This document shows positions 25,399 through 38,192 of a stretch of DNA of 64,000 nucleotides, one piece after another. Below the pieces are notes generated by a model that saw only the letters and a list, made by a program, of their open reading frames with translations, did not search any database and was not told where the DNA came from. Numbering within the stretch: position 1 is the first letter of the stretch; each line of letters begins with the position of its first letter. Origin of the DNA: Eledone cirrhosa (lineage: Eukaryota); the NCBI GenBank assembly GCA_964016885.1, contig OZ024747.1, forward strand, positions 28,582,001-28,646,000, given 5' to 3'. Made by a program: the position numbers and the translations under genes.

Positions 25399-28320
25399 TC
25401 ATCATCATCATCATCATTATCATTTTACGTCCGCTTTTCCCTGCTTGCAAGGGTGGGACGGGTCTTATTCAGCACAGCATCTCTCCACTCGTCACGGTCC
25501 CTCGTCATCTCCACCGTGAGCTTCAATGATCTGAGGTCTGTTCTCACCACCTCCGCCCATGTTTTTCGTGGTCTACCTCTACCACGTCTTCCTTCAACTG
25601 GCATTTCCTGGCACTTCTTCACTCATCGGTCATCCTCCATGCGCATCACATGTCCATACCACCTCAGTCTCCTCTCCCGTACACTACATTCTATCCCTCT
25701 CAGACACAGTTTCTCTCTCAACACATTTATGCTGGGTCGTTCACGCACATTTACACTGCACATCCAACGGAGCATGCTTGCCTCATTTCTCTCCAGCCGT
25801 CGCATATCTTCTGCGGTAGCTGCCCATGTCTCACTACCATGCAGCATCGCGCTCCTCACACAGGCATCATACAACCGGCCTTTCGTACGCAGGGAGAAAC
25901 CCTTCTTCGTCAACAGAGGAAGCAGCTCCCTAAACTTCTTCCAACCCGTCCTTATTCTAGATACTATGGCCTCGGAACACCCTCCTCCCATGCTAATCTG
26001 ATCTCCTAGGTACCGGAAGCTATCCACCACTTCTATAGCGCCCTCTCGCATTTGAAAAATGTGTCTATCAGTGCGACTTCTACTGTCTAATTTCCCTGTA
26101 CATCTACTGCATACATAGTTCTCCCTACCTGTTAGTTTGCCTGCTATCCCGCTACATCTCTTGTGTACCCAGGACCTACATTGTGTGCATTTTATAGAAT
26201 TTATGCCAGTTCCTTTTCTGCATATCGAACATGGCCATTTCCCTGACGGAATCAGGGTTTTGTCCTCTTTTCTACTCATCAACACTTTTGTCTTAGCTAG
26301 ATTTACTCTCAGTCCTCTTGCTTCCAACTGCTGTTTCCATAGCCGGAATTTATTCTCTAGCTCCTCTACTGATTCTGCCATAAGAGCCAGATCGTCAGCA
26401 TAGAGAAGTTCCCATGGACAGCCAGTCTTAAACTCCTCTGTTATGGCTTGGAGGACTATAATGAACAAGAGCGGGCTGAGGACCGAACCCTGATGTACTC
26501 CTACTTGTATCTGGAATTCCTCACTAAACTCCATTCCTACCCTGACTTTACTGAGAGTACCTCTGTACAAAGTTTGCACTGTCCTTACAAGCCATTCCTC
26601 AACACCCAGCTTCCTTAGGGACCACCAGATGACAGATCGGGGTACCCTATCAAAGGCCTTCTCTAGGTCAACAAAGGCTAAGTATAGTGGCTTATTCTTC
26701 TCTAAGAACCTCTCTTGCATTTGTCTCACCAAGAAGAGGGCATCTGTTGTACTCTTCCCAGGCACAAAACCAAACTGCATCTCATCTAGTTTGACCCTTT
26801 CTCTAATTAGTTGTGCTAAAATCCTTTCTGCCACTTTCATAACCTGATCTATCAGTTTTATACCCCTATAATTGCTCCTCTCCAAAGCATCCCCTTTACC
26901 TTTGTAGCAATTTATGAGAATACTGCTGCACCAGTCTTTGGGTATGACACCACCATATATAGCCTGATTGATTATGCGTGCAACCAGTTTAGTGCCTACG
27001 TCCCCTGATGCCTTCAGCATCTCAGCAACTATTCCCGATGGTCCGGCCGCCTTACCATTTTTCATTTCCCTAATCGCCTCTTGGACCCTATATTCGTCAA
27101 TCTCAATAGCTGGTCCCTCTGTCGGATCTACCAAGGGTAATTTCTCTCTCTCCCATTCGTTCTCCACATTCATCAGTCTCTCATAATGACATTTCCAGGC
27201 CTCCTTTTTCTGGTCATTCGTGACACTAAGTACACCGGCATCATCCCGGACACATTTATCACCAACAACATCCTGATTTGCATTGACACACTGCCTTGCA
27301 ATGTGGAACACCGCACGCCTCTGATCTTCCCGTCGCAGAACATTGGCAAACCTCCTACTCTCTGCCTCCCTGCGTGCTAAGTACACCTGACGTCTAGCTT
27401 CTCTCTTAGTGGCTGTATATTCTTCCCTACTCCCACCCTTATTCCAAGCCTTCCATGCTAGTCTTTTGTCTCTAATAGCCTTATCTACACTGCTGTTCCA
27501 CCACCAGGTCACTCTCTGTCTGGTTGGAGCTCTGCTCCAGCCACAGGTTTCATCAGTAGCCTTCAGCAAGTTGTCACGTAAGAACTTCCAGTTATTATCT
27601 ATGTCATACGTCTCTAAATCGTCTTCTTTTTCGTCATATACATCTTGAAGGGCTTTCCTAAATTTGAATTTTAGTGAAAGGTCTTTTAGCTTCCAGACCT
27701 TTCTTCTCCACACCTTCCTATATGTCTCATTCCATCTCTTGCTTACTGAGATATCACTAACAACTAACCTATGCTGTGGGGTACATTCTTCCCCAGGGTA
27801 TGCCTTGGTATTAGACACTATCTGCCTGTCCCGCTGCCTAACTAGCAGGAAGTCAATCTGGCTTATGTGCTCACCAGATTTGTAGGTTATTAGGTGATTG
27901 GCAGGTTTCTGGAAGTTTGTGTTGCAAATAGTCAATGTACTTGCATCACAAAATTCAAGAAGTCTCACTCCTTCTTCATTTCTTGTACCCCAGTGTAACC
28001 ATCCTGGAGCTGTCCAACATGACCATTGAAGTCTCCTGCTAGCATAACGATGTCTCCGTCCTCTGTCATTGTGGTTGTTTGCAAAAGTTGCTCATAAAAG
28101 CAGTCTTTCTCATCTTTGCCTAGGCCTGCTTGGGGAGCATAGACCGAGATGATTGTCAGTAGTCTCCTACCTACAACTAATCTAAGCTTAATTATTCGAT
28201 TACTAACTCGAACTACCTCTATTGTCTTATTGATCCATTTCTCAGCCAGGAAAATGCCTACTCCCCCAAACCCATCATCCTTACCTACCCAGAATAGCTT
28301 ATAGCTAAGACGCTTGCCTT
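25399..28320 (-). mobile_element. Young 5'-truncated RTE-clade LINE (partial APE + RT + PHD-like Cys cluster), (TGA)n tail
   Basis: 781-aa ORF 25623-27968 with QFGF, FVDLEKAFD, GVHQGSVLSP and LLYADD. A single in-frame TGA at 25623 is followed by in-frame GRGRPRKTW to 25425. Confidence 0.95.
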
Positions 28321-28328
28321 ATATATAT

Positions 28329-29206
28329 TTCGTTTCTGAATTTGTTTAGCAAGATTCTTTATCTGAAAACGTGTGTTGAAACCGATATTGTTATGCTTTG
28401 GGAGGGTCATGTTGCCAATAAGAAACACACGCACCAGTTGCTTTCACTCCAATTTATTATAAATTAAATTTATAAATTTAAGAATTTATAAATTTCTGGT
28501 TGGTTCCACAACCAGACGATTGTTCATATATTGTCAAAGTTCTTTCGTCACACATTCTGTGACCTCTTCAGTGACTGGAGATTCTTTTCTTTGTTTTTGT
28601 GCCTCTCCTTTGTTCTGTCCTACGCCATCTTGTTTTTGTGTGTGTTGTGTGCTTCGTTTGTGCATGTGTTACATCAGGGTGCCTGTGTGTGTTTATATTT
28701 GTTTATTTACATGTTACTGGTTGGTTGTTTGTTCTATGTGTGTGTGTGCTTTCATTTTGTCCTTAATTGTAAGTTGCGATGTTGCTATTCCATTCATGTT
28801 TTCTATTTAATTTGGGTTGGAGTTCATTTATGTTTATTGCCTCTGTGATTTGTCTAAACATTGCGTCTTTTCTGTATGTAGATTCTATTTTTATTTCTAT
28901 GTTCTCTAATTTACCCTTATGTTCTATTTTAGCATGTTGGTGGAGTACAGGTGATTGTTTACTATCTTGAAGCTCTCGCCAGTGTTCATTTATCCGTTCT
29001 CCTATACTACGAGCTGTCTCACCTATGTACACTATATTCTTATCTCTACATTGTCCTTCAGTACATCTTATGCTATATATTACATTTCTAGTTTTACAAT
29101 TAATATGGGAGCTTAGTTTACAGATTATACATTTCTTATCTATACAGGGAGGTCTTTGAAAAGGGTATGTATTGCTAATAAGTGTTTTTATGGAGTCTCT
29201 CGTAGT
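28329..29206 (-). mobile_element. 5'-truncated Penelope-like element: GIY-YIG C-terminus + 3' UTR/pLTR with HHR (28533-28575)
   Basis: The GIY-YIG ORF ends at 28763. About 190 nt downstream is gtca-CTGAAGA-ggtcacagaatgtgtgac-GAAA-gaac-TT^tgac. Confidence 0.9.
28763..29206 (-). pseudogene. PLE GIY-YIG endonuclease domain with an upstream Cys-rich linker (truncated ORF)
   Basis: CIDKKCIIC...CKTRNVIYSIRC...C...YIGETARSIGERINEH...HQH...H...RQITEAINI...LNRKHEW. The N-terminal part of ORF 28763-29473 is merely antisense RTE. Confidence 0.9.
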
Positions 29207-31294
29207 GAGACTATTAAATGAGGAGAATAAATGGGAAAAAGATAGTCTGCCCCAAATCGATCCAATAGAAGGACCAGTAGTGCAAGTTAAAGGTAGTATA
29301 ATAAGTAAAGCAATCAAAGATATGAAGACAGGCAAGGCAGCTGGGCCTTCGGAGATAGTTGCTGAGATGTTGAAGGCATCTGGTATGGTGGGACACACTA
29401 CAGTCACCCGTATAGTTAACCAAGTAATACAGAATGGGGTCATACCGAAAGACTGGCATAGCAGTATCATCATTAACTGCTACAAAAGTAAAGGGGATGC
29501 TCTAGATAGGGAAACTATAGAGGCATTAAGTTAGTTGACCAGGTCATGAAGATCACAGAAAGAGTTATAGCGCAACTAATCAGAGAGCGAATTGATCTAG
29601 ATGAAATGCAGTTTGGGTTTGTGTCAGGTAAAAGTACCACAGACGCTCTTTTCCTTGTACGACAAGTACAAGAGAAGTACCTAGCTAAAAGTAAACCCCT
29701 CTACTTAGCTTTTGCAGACCTGGAGAAAGCTTTTGACAGAGTCCCCCGCTCCATTATCTGGTGGGCTCTTAGAAAACTAGGTGTAGATGAATGGCTTGTG
29801 AGAGCTATACAAGCTATGTATAATGAAACAGTCAGTAAGGTTAGAATTAACAATGAATATTGTGAAGAATTTAGTGTAAAAGTTGGTGTTCATCAAGGCT
29901 TTGTCCTTAGCCCCCTCTTATTTATTATTGCCCTTCAGGCTATAACAGAGGAGTTCAAAACCGGCTACCCATGGGAACTCCTATACGCAGATGATCTAAC
30001 GCTCATAGCTGAATCAATGGCTGAACGAACTAGAGAGGAAATTCGAATCAAAAGGCCTTAAAGTTAACTTGTCTAAGACTAAAGTTCTAGTTTGTAGAAA
30101 GGAAAATAGGGCACAGGTGCCCTCAGGGAAATGGCCATGCTCAGTGTGTAGGAAAGGAGTAGGCAGAAATTCCATTTTATGTTCCAAATGCAAAGTATGG
30201 GTACATAAAAGATGTAGTGGGATCACAGGTAAACTATCTAAGAATATAGACTTTATATGTGGCCAATGCTCAGGTGCAATAAGTAGCAAGTGTCCAAAGG
30301 ATACTAGCTCCTTCCATTGCCCAGATGGTTCTCTAGAAATAGTAGACACTTTCCGTTACCTGGGTGACGAAATCAGCAGTGGTGGAGGGTGTTCTGAAAG
30401 TACAATAGCAGAAGTCAGAACAGGATGGAAAAAGTTCAGAGAGCTTATACCACTATTGGCTGCTAAAGGTTTCTCTCTACAAATGAAAGGCAGATTGTAT
30501 GATGCCTGTATACGAACAGCAATGCTACATGGCAGTGAGACATGGGCATTACGTGCAGAGGACCTGCGTAGACTGGAAAGGAACGAAGCATGCATGCTCC
30601 GTTGGATGTGTAGTAGTAATATACTTGAACGACAAAGCATAAATGAACTAAGTGAGAAATTAGGAATAAGAGGGATCAGATGCTGTTTACTTGAGAGAAG
30701 ACTACATTGGTATGGTCACGTGATGCGCATGAAAGATGACAGCTGCATAAAAAGTGCAGGGTGATCAAAATTGATGGTAGTTACGGAGTGGGTAGACCCA
30801 TAAAATCCTGGGATAATCTGATAAATTCCGACCTCACACACTTACATCTCTCTAAGACAATGTCACTGGACCGAGATCTTTGGCGCTACGCAGTAATACA
30901 GAAGACCCGCCTTGCCTATGTACAAAGCGAAACCTAGTCAGTAGGCTCCTCCTAACCAAATATACACCCCAATCCACAACCCCTACCCTATCCTCCCACT
31001 CCCACCAACAGCACGAGAAAACGAGATTGAGATCGTGTAGGTGTCACGACAAAAAAACACACACAGTCCACGCTGTAATGTGGCCGTGTAGGTAACATGG
31101 TAAAAAGTTCCCAGTTCCACACTGTAAATGTGGTTGGTGTTAGGAAGGGCATCAGCCATAGAAAACCTGCCAGATAGTCCTATATGAGCGAGACACGGTC
31201 ACCCGACCAGCCTTGACTTCAAGTGGGACAACTCCCGTCTAACCCATGCTAGCGTGGAAAATGGATGTCAAACGAAGATGATGATGATGATGAT
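29207..31294 (+). mobile_element. 5'-truncated, frameshifted RTE LINE with a long 3' UTR and (TGA)n tail
   Basis: ORFs 29172-29534, 29546-30061 (LLYADD) and 30069-30764 lie in successive frames. Confidence 0.92.
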
Positions 31295-31300
31295 ATATAT

Positions 31301-31797
<497 letters not shown>

Positions 31798-32169
31798 TTA
31801 TATATATACAAAATTCCACTCAACCAGAGGCTTTAGTAGAAGACACTTGCCAAAGATAGCATGCAGTGGGAGTGAACACTATACATAATTATACCTGCAC
31901 CTATGCAAATAAATATGGTTTTACAATTCTTGAAAACAATTTTGCTGAAAATAAACAATAAATATGACTGTTCTAAATTATATTGTGTTATTTGTTGAAG
32001 TTAATCTAAATTGTTACTGAAGTACCAAGTGATGCTTGTTCCTAGGAGTGCTTGACTATTCCACTGTCTTGGACTCACTATCACCTACAGTAATGCTGTA
32101 AGTGTTTCGGTTTACCTCAAAAATGTTTGAGGCAAATTATATTACCATAATAATAATATTGGTTTCTTT

Positions 32170-32196
32170 TACTACATTTTGATCTTAGCCAAAAGG
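32170..32196 (-). pseudogene. Short U2 snRNA 5' fragment
   Basis: Reverse complement ccttttggctaagatcaaaatgtagta resembles U2 CCUUUUGGCUAAGAUCAAGUGUAGUA. Confidence 0.6.
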
Positions 32197-33113
32197 ATGA
32201 GGGTTTGGCAGTATCGGTAGAGCGTCAGATACCATGCTTTGCAGCATAGAGTTATGGCCCTTTGTGTTCTTAGTTGAAATCCCGCCGAGGTTAACTTTGC
32301 CTTTTATCTTTACGGGGTCAATAAAATAAAGCACCAATAATGCACTGGGGTAATTGCTGGCCTTGTGCTAAAAGTAGAAACATTATTATTATTATTATTA
32401 GAGTGGTAGATTGGCAGTATCGGTACAGCGTCGGACACTATGCTTTGCGGCATAGAGTTACGGCCCTTTACATTCTGAGTTCAAATCCTGCAGAAGTTAG
32501 CTTTGCCTTTCATCCTTACGAGGTTTATTAAAATAAAGCACCAGTAATGCACTGGAGTTAACATAATTGTCTTTCCCCCTCCCACCAAATTGCTGGCCTT
32601 GTGCCTATAGTAGAAATCATTATTATTATTAGGATTTCCAGCATAGTTACGTCCCTTTACGATCTGAGTTCAAATCCCGCCGAGGTTGACTTTGCCTTTC
32701 ATCCTTACGGGGTCGATAAAATAAAGTACCAGTAATGCACTGGGTAATTGCTGGCCTTGTGCCTAAAGTAGAAACAATTATTATTAGGATTGATAGTATT
32801 GGGAGAGCAAAGAAGAATACGCTATGTGACATGTAGTTACATCCCTTTATGTTCTGAGTTCAAATCCCGCCAAGGTTATCATCATTATGGGATCAATAAA
32901 ATATAATACCAGTAACACACTAGAGTCGATTTAATCAACTTTCACTTCCCCCAAAATCGTTGGCCTTGTGCCTAAATCAGAAACCATTATATAAAGAAAG
33001 AAAGAAATTATTATTATTATCATTCTTTTGCCATTTGATGGTAATGATAATGGTGATCATAATAATATAGAAGTAACTGAGTGTGTATGACTGAAACAGG
33101 GAATCTTCTACAT

Positions 33114-33300
33114 CAGACATGTCAAACTGAGGGTCCCCCGAGGGCCACATGGGTCACATATGTGTTGTCTGAGGGCCACACATGACAACTAATTGTGCAC
33201 ATTACAACTAATTTTACCAAGATAAAACATGCTCGTGCTGTAAAAACCTTTGTGTGGGCCGCAGGTATGCTTGTAAAGGGCCGCATGTTTGACATGCCTG
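33114..33300. mobile_element. hAT-type MITE
   Basis: TIRs cagacatgtcaaac / gtttgacatgcctg, with an 8-bp TSD ttctacat / ctctacat. Confidence 0.8.
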
Positions 33301-33419
33301 CTCTACATAGTCACCCAAACATTCAGAAAACGTTGCTAAATATCCCCCAAATCCTACTCTACTATCTGCTGAAGTAAAAAAGAAATTCAATAGCAAGCAC
33401 TGAATAATGTTAATCCTAT

Positions 33420-33800
33420 ATTAACCACCTTGCCAACAACAACCCTGAGCACCTTTTTGAATTCCATGTGTCTAACACATGTGGGTATGCCTACAAAGTC
33501 AGAAAACAGCACAGCTCCCATGACTTTCGGAAACATTTTTTCACGCTCAGAGTTGCTGAAGCATGGAACAAACTACCTGCATCAGTTGTTAGCTGCCGAG
33601 ACACTGCATCCTTTAAAACCTCCATACTTCCTGAGAGTCGCCAATTCTACACCTGATATCCCCCCTCCATACACATGCACACATGTATTTCATGACTCAT
33701 ACACTGTTCATTTTCCTGACACTTGAACATTATTCTATGTACTATACATGTATCTTTGATGTGTTGTAGAGCACCTGAGAACTGTACACAATCATTTCAT
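33420..33800 (+). mobile_element. CR1-clade LINE 3' fragment
   Basis: KVRKQHSSHDFRKHFFTLRVAEAWNKLP is identical to the C-terminus of ORF 61994-63934. Another 3' UTR remnant lies at ~22552-22715. Confidence 0.88.
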
Positions 33801-34296
33801 TTTTCTATTCTATTCTCTATATATATGTCTGAATAAAAGACAAAGATAGTTACAACTGGTATGACTTTGATTATAAGTTGTCTAATCAGTTGCTCAGGAT
33901 TGAGGCGTGGAGAGGAGGAAAAATATATGTGCAATTCTTGTGCAAACAATGTACAATTGATAAAATCAATTTCTGAGAAATACATTTTCTTACATTTTTT
34001 TGTTTGTTTACTTTTATTTTTATTTTTTATTTTTCCTACACATGTCTGTTCTTTCTCACCAACAACCTTCGCACACACCCTATTAAATTGACCACAGCTC
34101 CTGCTACTACATTTAACAATTGTTGCCACCAGACATATGAATGACACCAGACATATAAATGCTTGGAGTTTTGTGTCTGGGAATCCCAGGCACTTATATC
34201 ACTAATATAGCTTGATGATTATAATAAAATATATACCTCTCATGATCATCGTAATCATTATTGTTTCTCTTATTTGTGCAACCAACGCCATAGATA

Positions 34297-37033
34297 TGTT
34301 TCTTTATTAGCCACAGGGGCACAAAAGAAGGGGACAAATACAAAGGGGGAAGTTTACATACAATAAAAACGTGTAAAATGTTATCCCAAATGCAATTTAA
34401 AAAATTAGTCGATTTTCCCCCAATAGGGGGAGACAATTCATATGGGTAACACATACCCCCGAAAAAATGTGCAACCCTCATCTCCAGGAGTACGAAGAGT
34501 TTGTACTCCCTTCCTCTCCTCCTCCTTTTCCTCAACCTACAGGCTGATATAGAGAGAAGGCCCATTCACTCGGGCCATTCTCGCCACTTTCACCCACCTT
34601 TCATAAAACTTGCTGGGGTACAGCACCTCTCTCTCCATCCTGATTCTTCTTCCAAAGTGGTATTTGAAAAAAAGAATCAGTTGTTGGCCGGAGAGAAAGG
34701 TGTCTGACCTCAGCCCTTTCAACCTTGTCCACCATACAACCTCTTTCGCCATAGCTATCACACAAAGGAAAACCGCCTCTCCTTCGTTCTTGAAGGAGGG
34801 TGGCGGTTTGATCATGACAATTGACTCGGTGGTCAACCGGATTGGTCCCAACCGCGACAATAGCCGTTCTACATAGCTCCACAGGTCAGTGACGCCCGGG
34901 CAGTGTATGAATGCGTGCGCGACGGTTTCTTCATTACGCATGCACCTCGGACAGATCTTTTTTGCAGGGTCCCTGCCCGAGCGCCCATGTCTGTAGAGCT
35001 TGTCTTGAACTGGTGGAGCTCCTCGGTAACACTGCCAGGCCAGGGACTTTTGGAAGTTGTCCATGGGTCCCGGGCGGAAGGTCCTACCGAACCGACTGGC
35101 CAGTTCATCTTCCTCTATGCCTAGAGTTTCACCGAGCGCGTCGTCGCACTTGCTGCGGATCAACCCTCTATAGAATGACGAAGTGGAGTTTCCACTGATC
35201 GCCGGGTCCGCCTGCCAGAGGGCTGTGAGCGCCTGAGCACATTCAATATGCCAGTCGCCCATTTTCCTCGGTCTTTGCTTGACCCAGGACTGCAGCTCGG
35301 TCAGCGAGACGAGTCGTGGGAAGGCTCACCTCACGAACGGGGCTCACACCGGTTGTCCGGTGAGGAATACATAGAGATGCCGCAGCCTGAGCGCGTGTTT
35401 GCGCATCGTCAACCACGGCATCCCCAGCCCTCCGTTAGAAGGGTGTTGGCAGCAGATGGATCTTCTCACCAAAGGAGCCCGCCTCTTCCAAGGAAGAGCG
35501 CGCGCTCCATTTTGGCGAGCGTTTTGGCTGGACAATGCACGACGGTCAAGCGGTAGTAGATGGCAGACGCTATAAAAGTGTTCGCCACCTCCGCTCGACC
35601 TTTCAAGGATAGTTTGCACTCGGCCCACTTCGGGTGAGTGCAAACACCTTGGCCGTCACTTCATTCCAATTCTTCTCCACCTGGAGGTCCGGACCAAACC
35701 AGACCCCGAGCAACTTTACCGGTCCTTCCGTCCAGCGTCTGATGACGCCATTGGAAGGCATCAGTTTGCCTCTCCACGATCTGAGTTGCAAACCGATGGA
35801 CTTGTCCCGGTTCAGCTTCGCTCCTGTGAAACTTTCGTATTCCTTCAGTAAGGTGAGGCGCTCGATTTGTGAGGCGCTCGATACCATTACTGTCACGTCA
35901 TCGGCGTAGGCCGACGCCGCTTTCCGCAGTCCCGGTTCCAGAGGGATGCCCTGCAATAGCTCCAACTTCCGCAGTAGTGGCTCGAGAGTCAGTACATACA
36001 GAAGAGAGGAGAGAGGGCATCCCTGTCGAATGGATCGCATAATATGGAACGGCTCCGAGAGGTAGCCGTTCACCTTGACCCTTGAGCAGATGTTGCTGTT
36101 GTGCATTGCAGCAATCCAGCCCCTGAACACGGGTCCGAAGCCTGCCGCCTCGAGCACCGCATCCAGGTAACGATGGTCAACCCTATCGAAAGCCTTAGAC
36201 TGATCCAAGTTGATCAGGGCTCCACCGAAGCCGGGTTTACACCCTACCCTCTCTATGATGTATCGCATGAGGTGGAGGTTGTCGTGTATGGACCTAGTCG
36301 GGATTGTGCATGTCTGCGCTTCTCCCACCAGGTTCTCGACGACAAGCGCCAGCCTTGGCCAAAATCTGTAACTCTGTTTAACAGAGTTATGGGCCCCTTA
36401 TTCTCGTCCTTCCTGACTAGTGTGACTACGCCCCCGGTTACAGAACTAGGAATTCTCCCGTTCTGTTGCCAGTTGCAGTAGACCGCTTCCAGGAGACCGG
36501 AGAATAAGTCCGGCATTGCTACGGAAAATTCGTAGGGTAGACCGTCGAGACCTGGAGATTTGCGTTTGCCGCATTGGCTCAGTGCGTCCCCTATCTCAGC
36601 GCCTGAAATCGGCTTTTCGCAGAACTTTGCCTCGCTGTCCGAGAGTCGCGGTAGGCCGTCGAGGTATGGACCGAAATCCATAGCCCCTCCCAGCGCGCCG
36701 CGCCGCCCGAACAGTTGAGCAAAGTGCCGCTGAAAGGCCGCACACATCTGCTTCGGCTCACGTATCACGCGTCCGTTTTGGTCCTTCAAAGACCGAATCG
36801 TGGACTTGTTGCCACTTTTTGCCTCCGTCACTCGGGCCCAGCTAACAGCTTTGGCTCCCTCGTTTCCCAGAGCACGTATTTTGCTTGACAACGCAGCCCT
36901 CGTGCTTTGCGTCGAAGAACTGGTCCAAGGCCGTTCTCGTTGCTAGCACGCTGGCTATGTTGCCACTTCTACTTTATCTACAAGTTCCTACTCGGTTCTA
37001 TTTCTATCTAACGCTAATTCTTTACTAAAAACT
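34297..37033 (-). mobile_element. 5'-truncated L1/Tx1-clade LINE (frameshifted ORF2) with a 13-bp TSD
   Basis: Motifs KSPGLDGLPYEF, LDQSKAFDRVDH, RQGCPLS, AYADD and CPRC...ETVAHAFIHC. AATAAA lies near the 3' end. AACGCCATAGATA occurs at 34284-34296 and 37034-37046. Confidence 0.92.
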
Positions 37034-38013
37034 AACGCCATAGATAGATAGATAGATAAATATAAATATAGATATATGTAAAAGTACCCAGGTCAACCAG
37101 TCTCTTGGTGCCATGATATGAAACACCCAGTCCATGCTGAAAAGGTAGTTGGTATTAGGAAGGACATCCAGATAGTGTGATGAAAGAACTCTGAGAAAGT
37201 ATATTTATATTTATATTTTAACTGTTGGCTAATCAATGATAAACATTGATTGCCAGCTAAATTATTTATAGAAATATTAAGATATACTGAAGCGAAAACC
37301 AAACCAAACAGTGAGTGTGTTTTACTATATTTTTATGGCAATATTAGAATATGATCCTCTCCAAATATAACAATATTTAATCAAAATATAATTGGGGTAG
37401 TTAAGTACACAAATTTAATGATATATCAACCAAATTTTTCCTTTTATCTATCTCCAAAAGTATTGTTTATCTTCTACTGTAATATAGGACCTTTTGTGTA
37501 ACCAGTATCATGATTAAGTTTATACCCTTCAAGACCTATTTCTGCATTAATTCACACATCTGTTCACAGCTAAATACAGTTACCTGGAAATTGGCATTGA
37601 TTGATTTATGTTTATATGGCAACACTCACTTTTTGATTTCTATTGTTTACACATACATTTGTATGTGTAAACAATAGAAATCTGTGAGTGCATTTATATA
37701 TATATATATGTGTGGATGCAGATACATATATGTATGTGTGTATATATATATGCCCACACTGCAAAGTAGTCGTATAGGTGTCATGATAAAAAACACTCAG
37801 CCCACATTGTAAAGTCATCATGTAAAAGACACGGTAAAAAGCACCCAGCACACACTGTAAATGTGGTTGGCATTAGGAAGAGCATCCAGCCATAGAAAAC
37901 CAGCCAGAAACAGTCCTATATAAGCGAGACACTGTCACCCGACCCACTTTGCCTCTAAATTAGACAAACCCGTCTAACCCATGCTAGCGTGGAAGATAGA
38001 TGATGATGATGAT

Positions 38014-38192
38014 GGTGCTGAACAGTTCCTGGCTTTGGGTAAAAGAAAATACAGGAGAATCCGTTAATTATGATTTTATTCAACATATTCCCCTCTCAGA
38101 TTCACACATTTATTGCAGCAGTCCACTGTAAAGGTAAAAGCTCTCTACCCTTTCATGATACCCTTAAGTCAAGAACTTTTCAGCACCCCTAT
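38014..38192. mobile_element. Internally deleted mariner-like element
   Basis: TIR-like ends ggtgctgaacagttcctggct / agtcaagaacttttcagcacc. Confidence 0.6.

Noticed and set aside
25453-27885. Plus-strand ORFs overlapping LINEs
   Set aside because: They are antisense shadows of RT ORFs. The same applies at 34501-36481, 44653-45393 and 62025-63691.
28763-29473. 236-aa ORF as a single novel protein
   Set aside because: It is chimeric: the N-terminal ~90 aa are antisense RTE sequence and only 28763-29206 is the PLE endonuclease.
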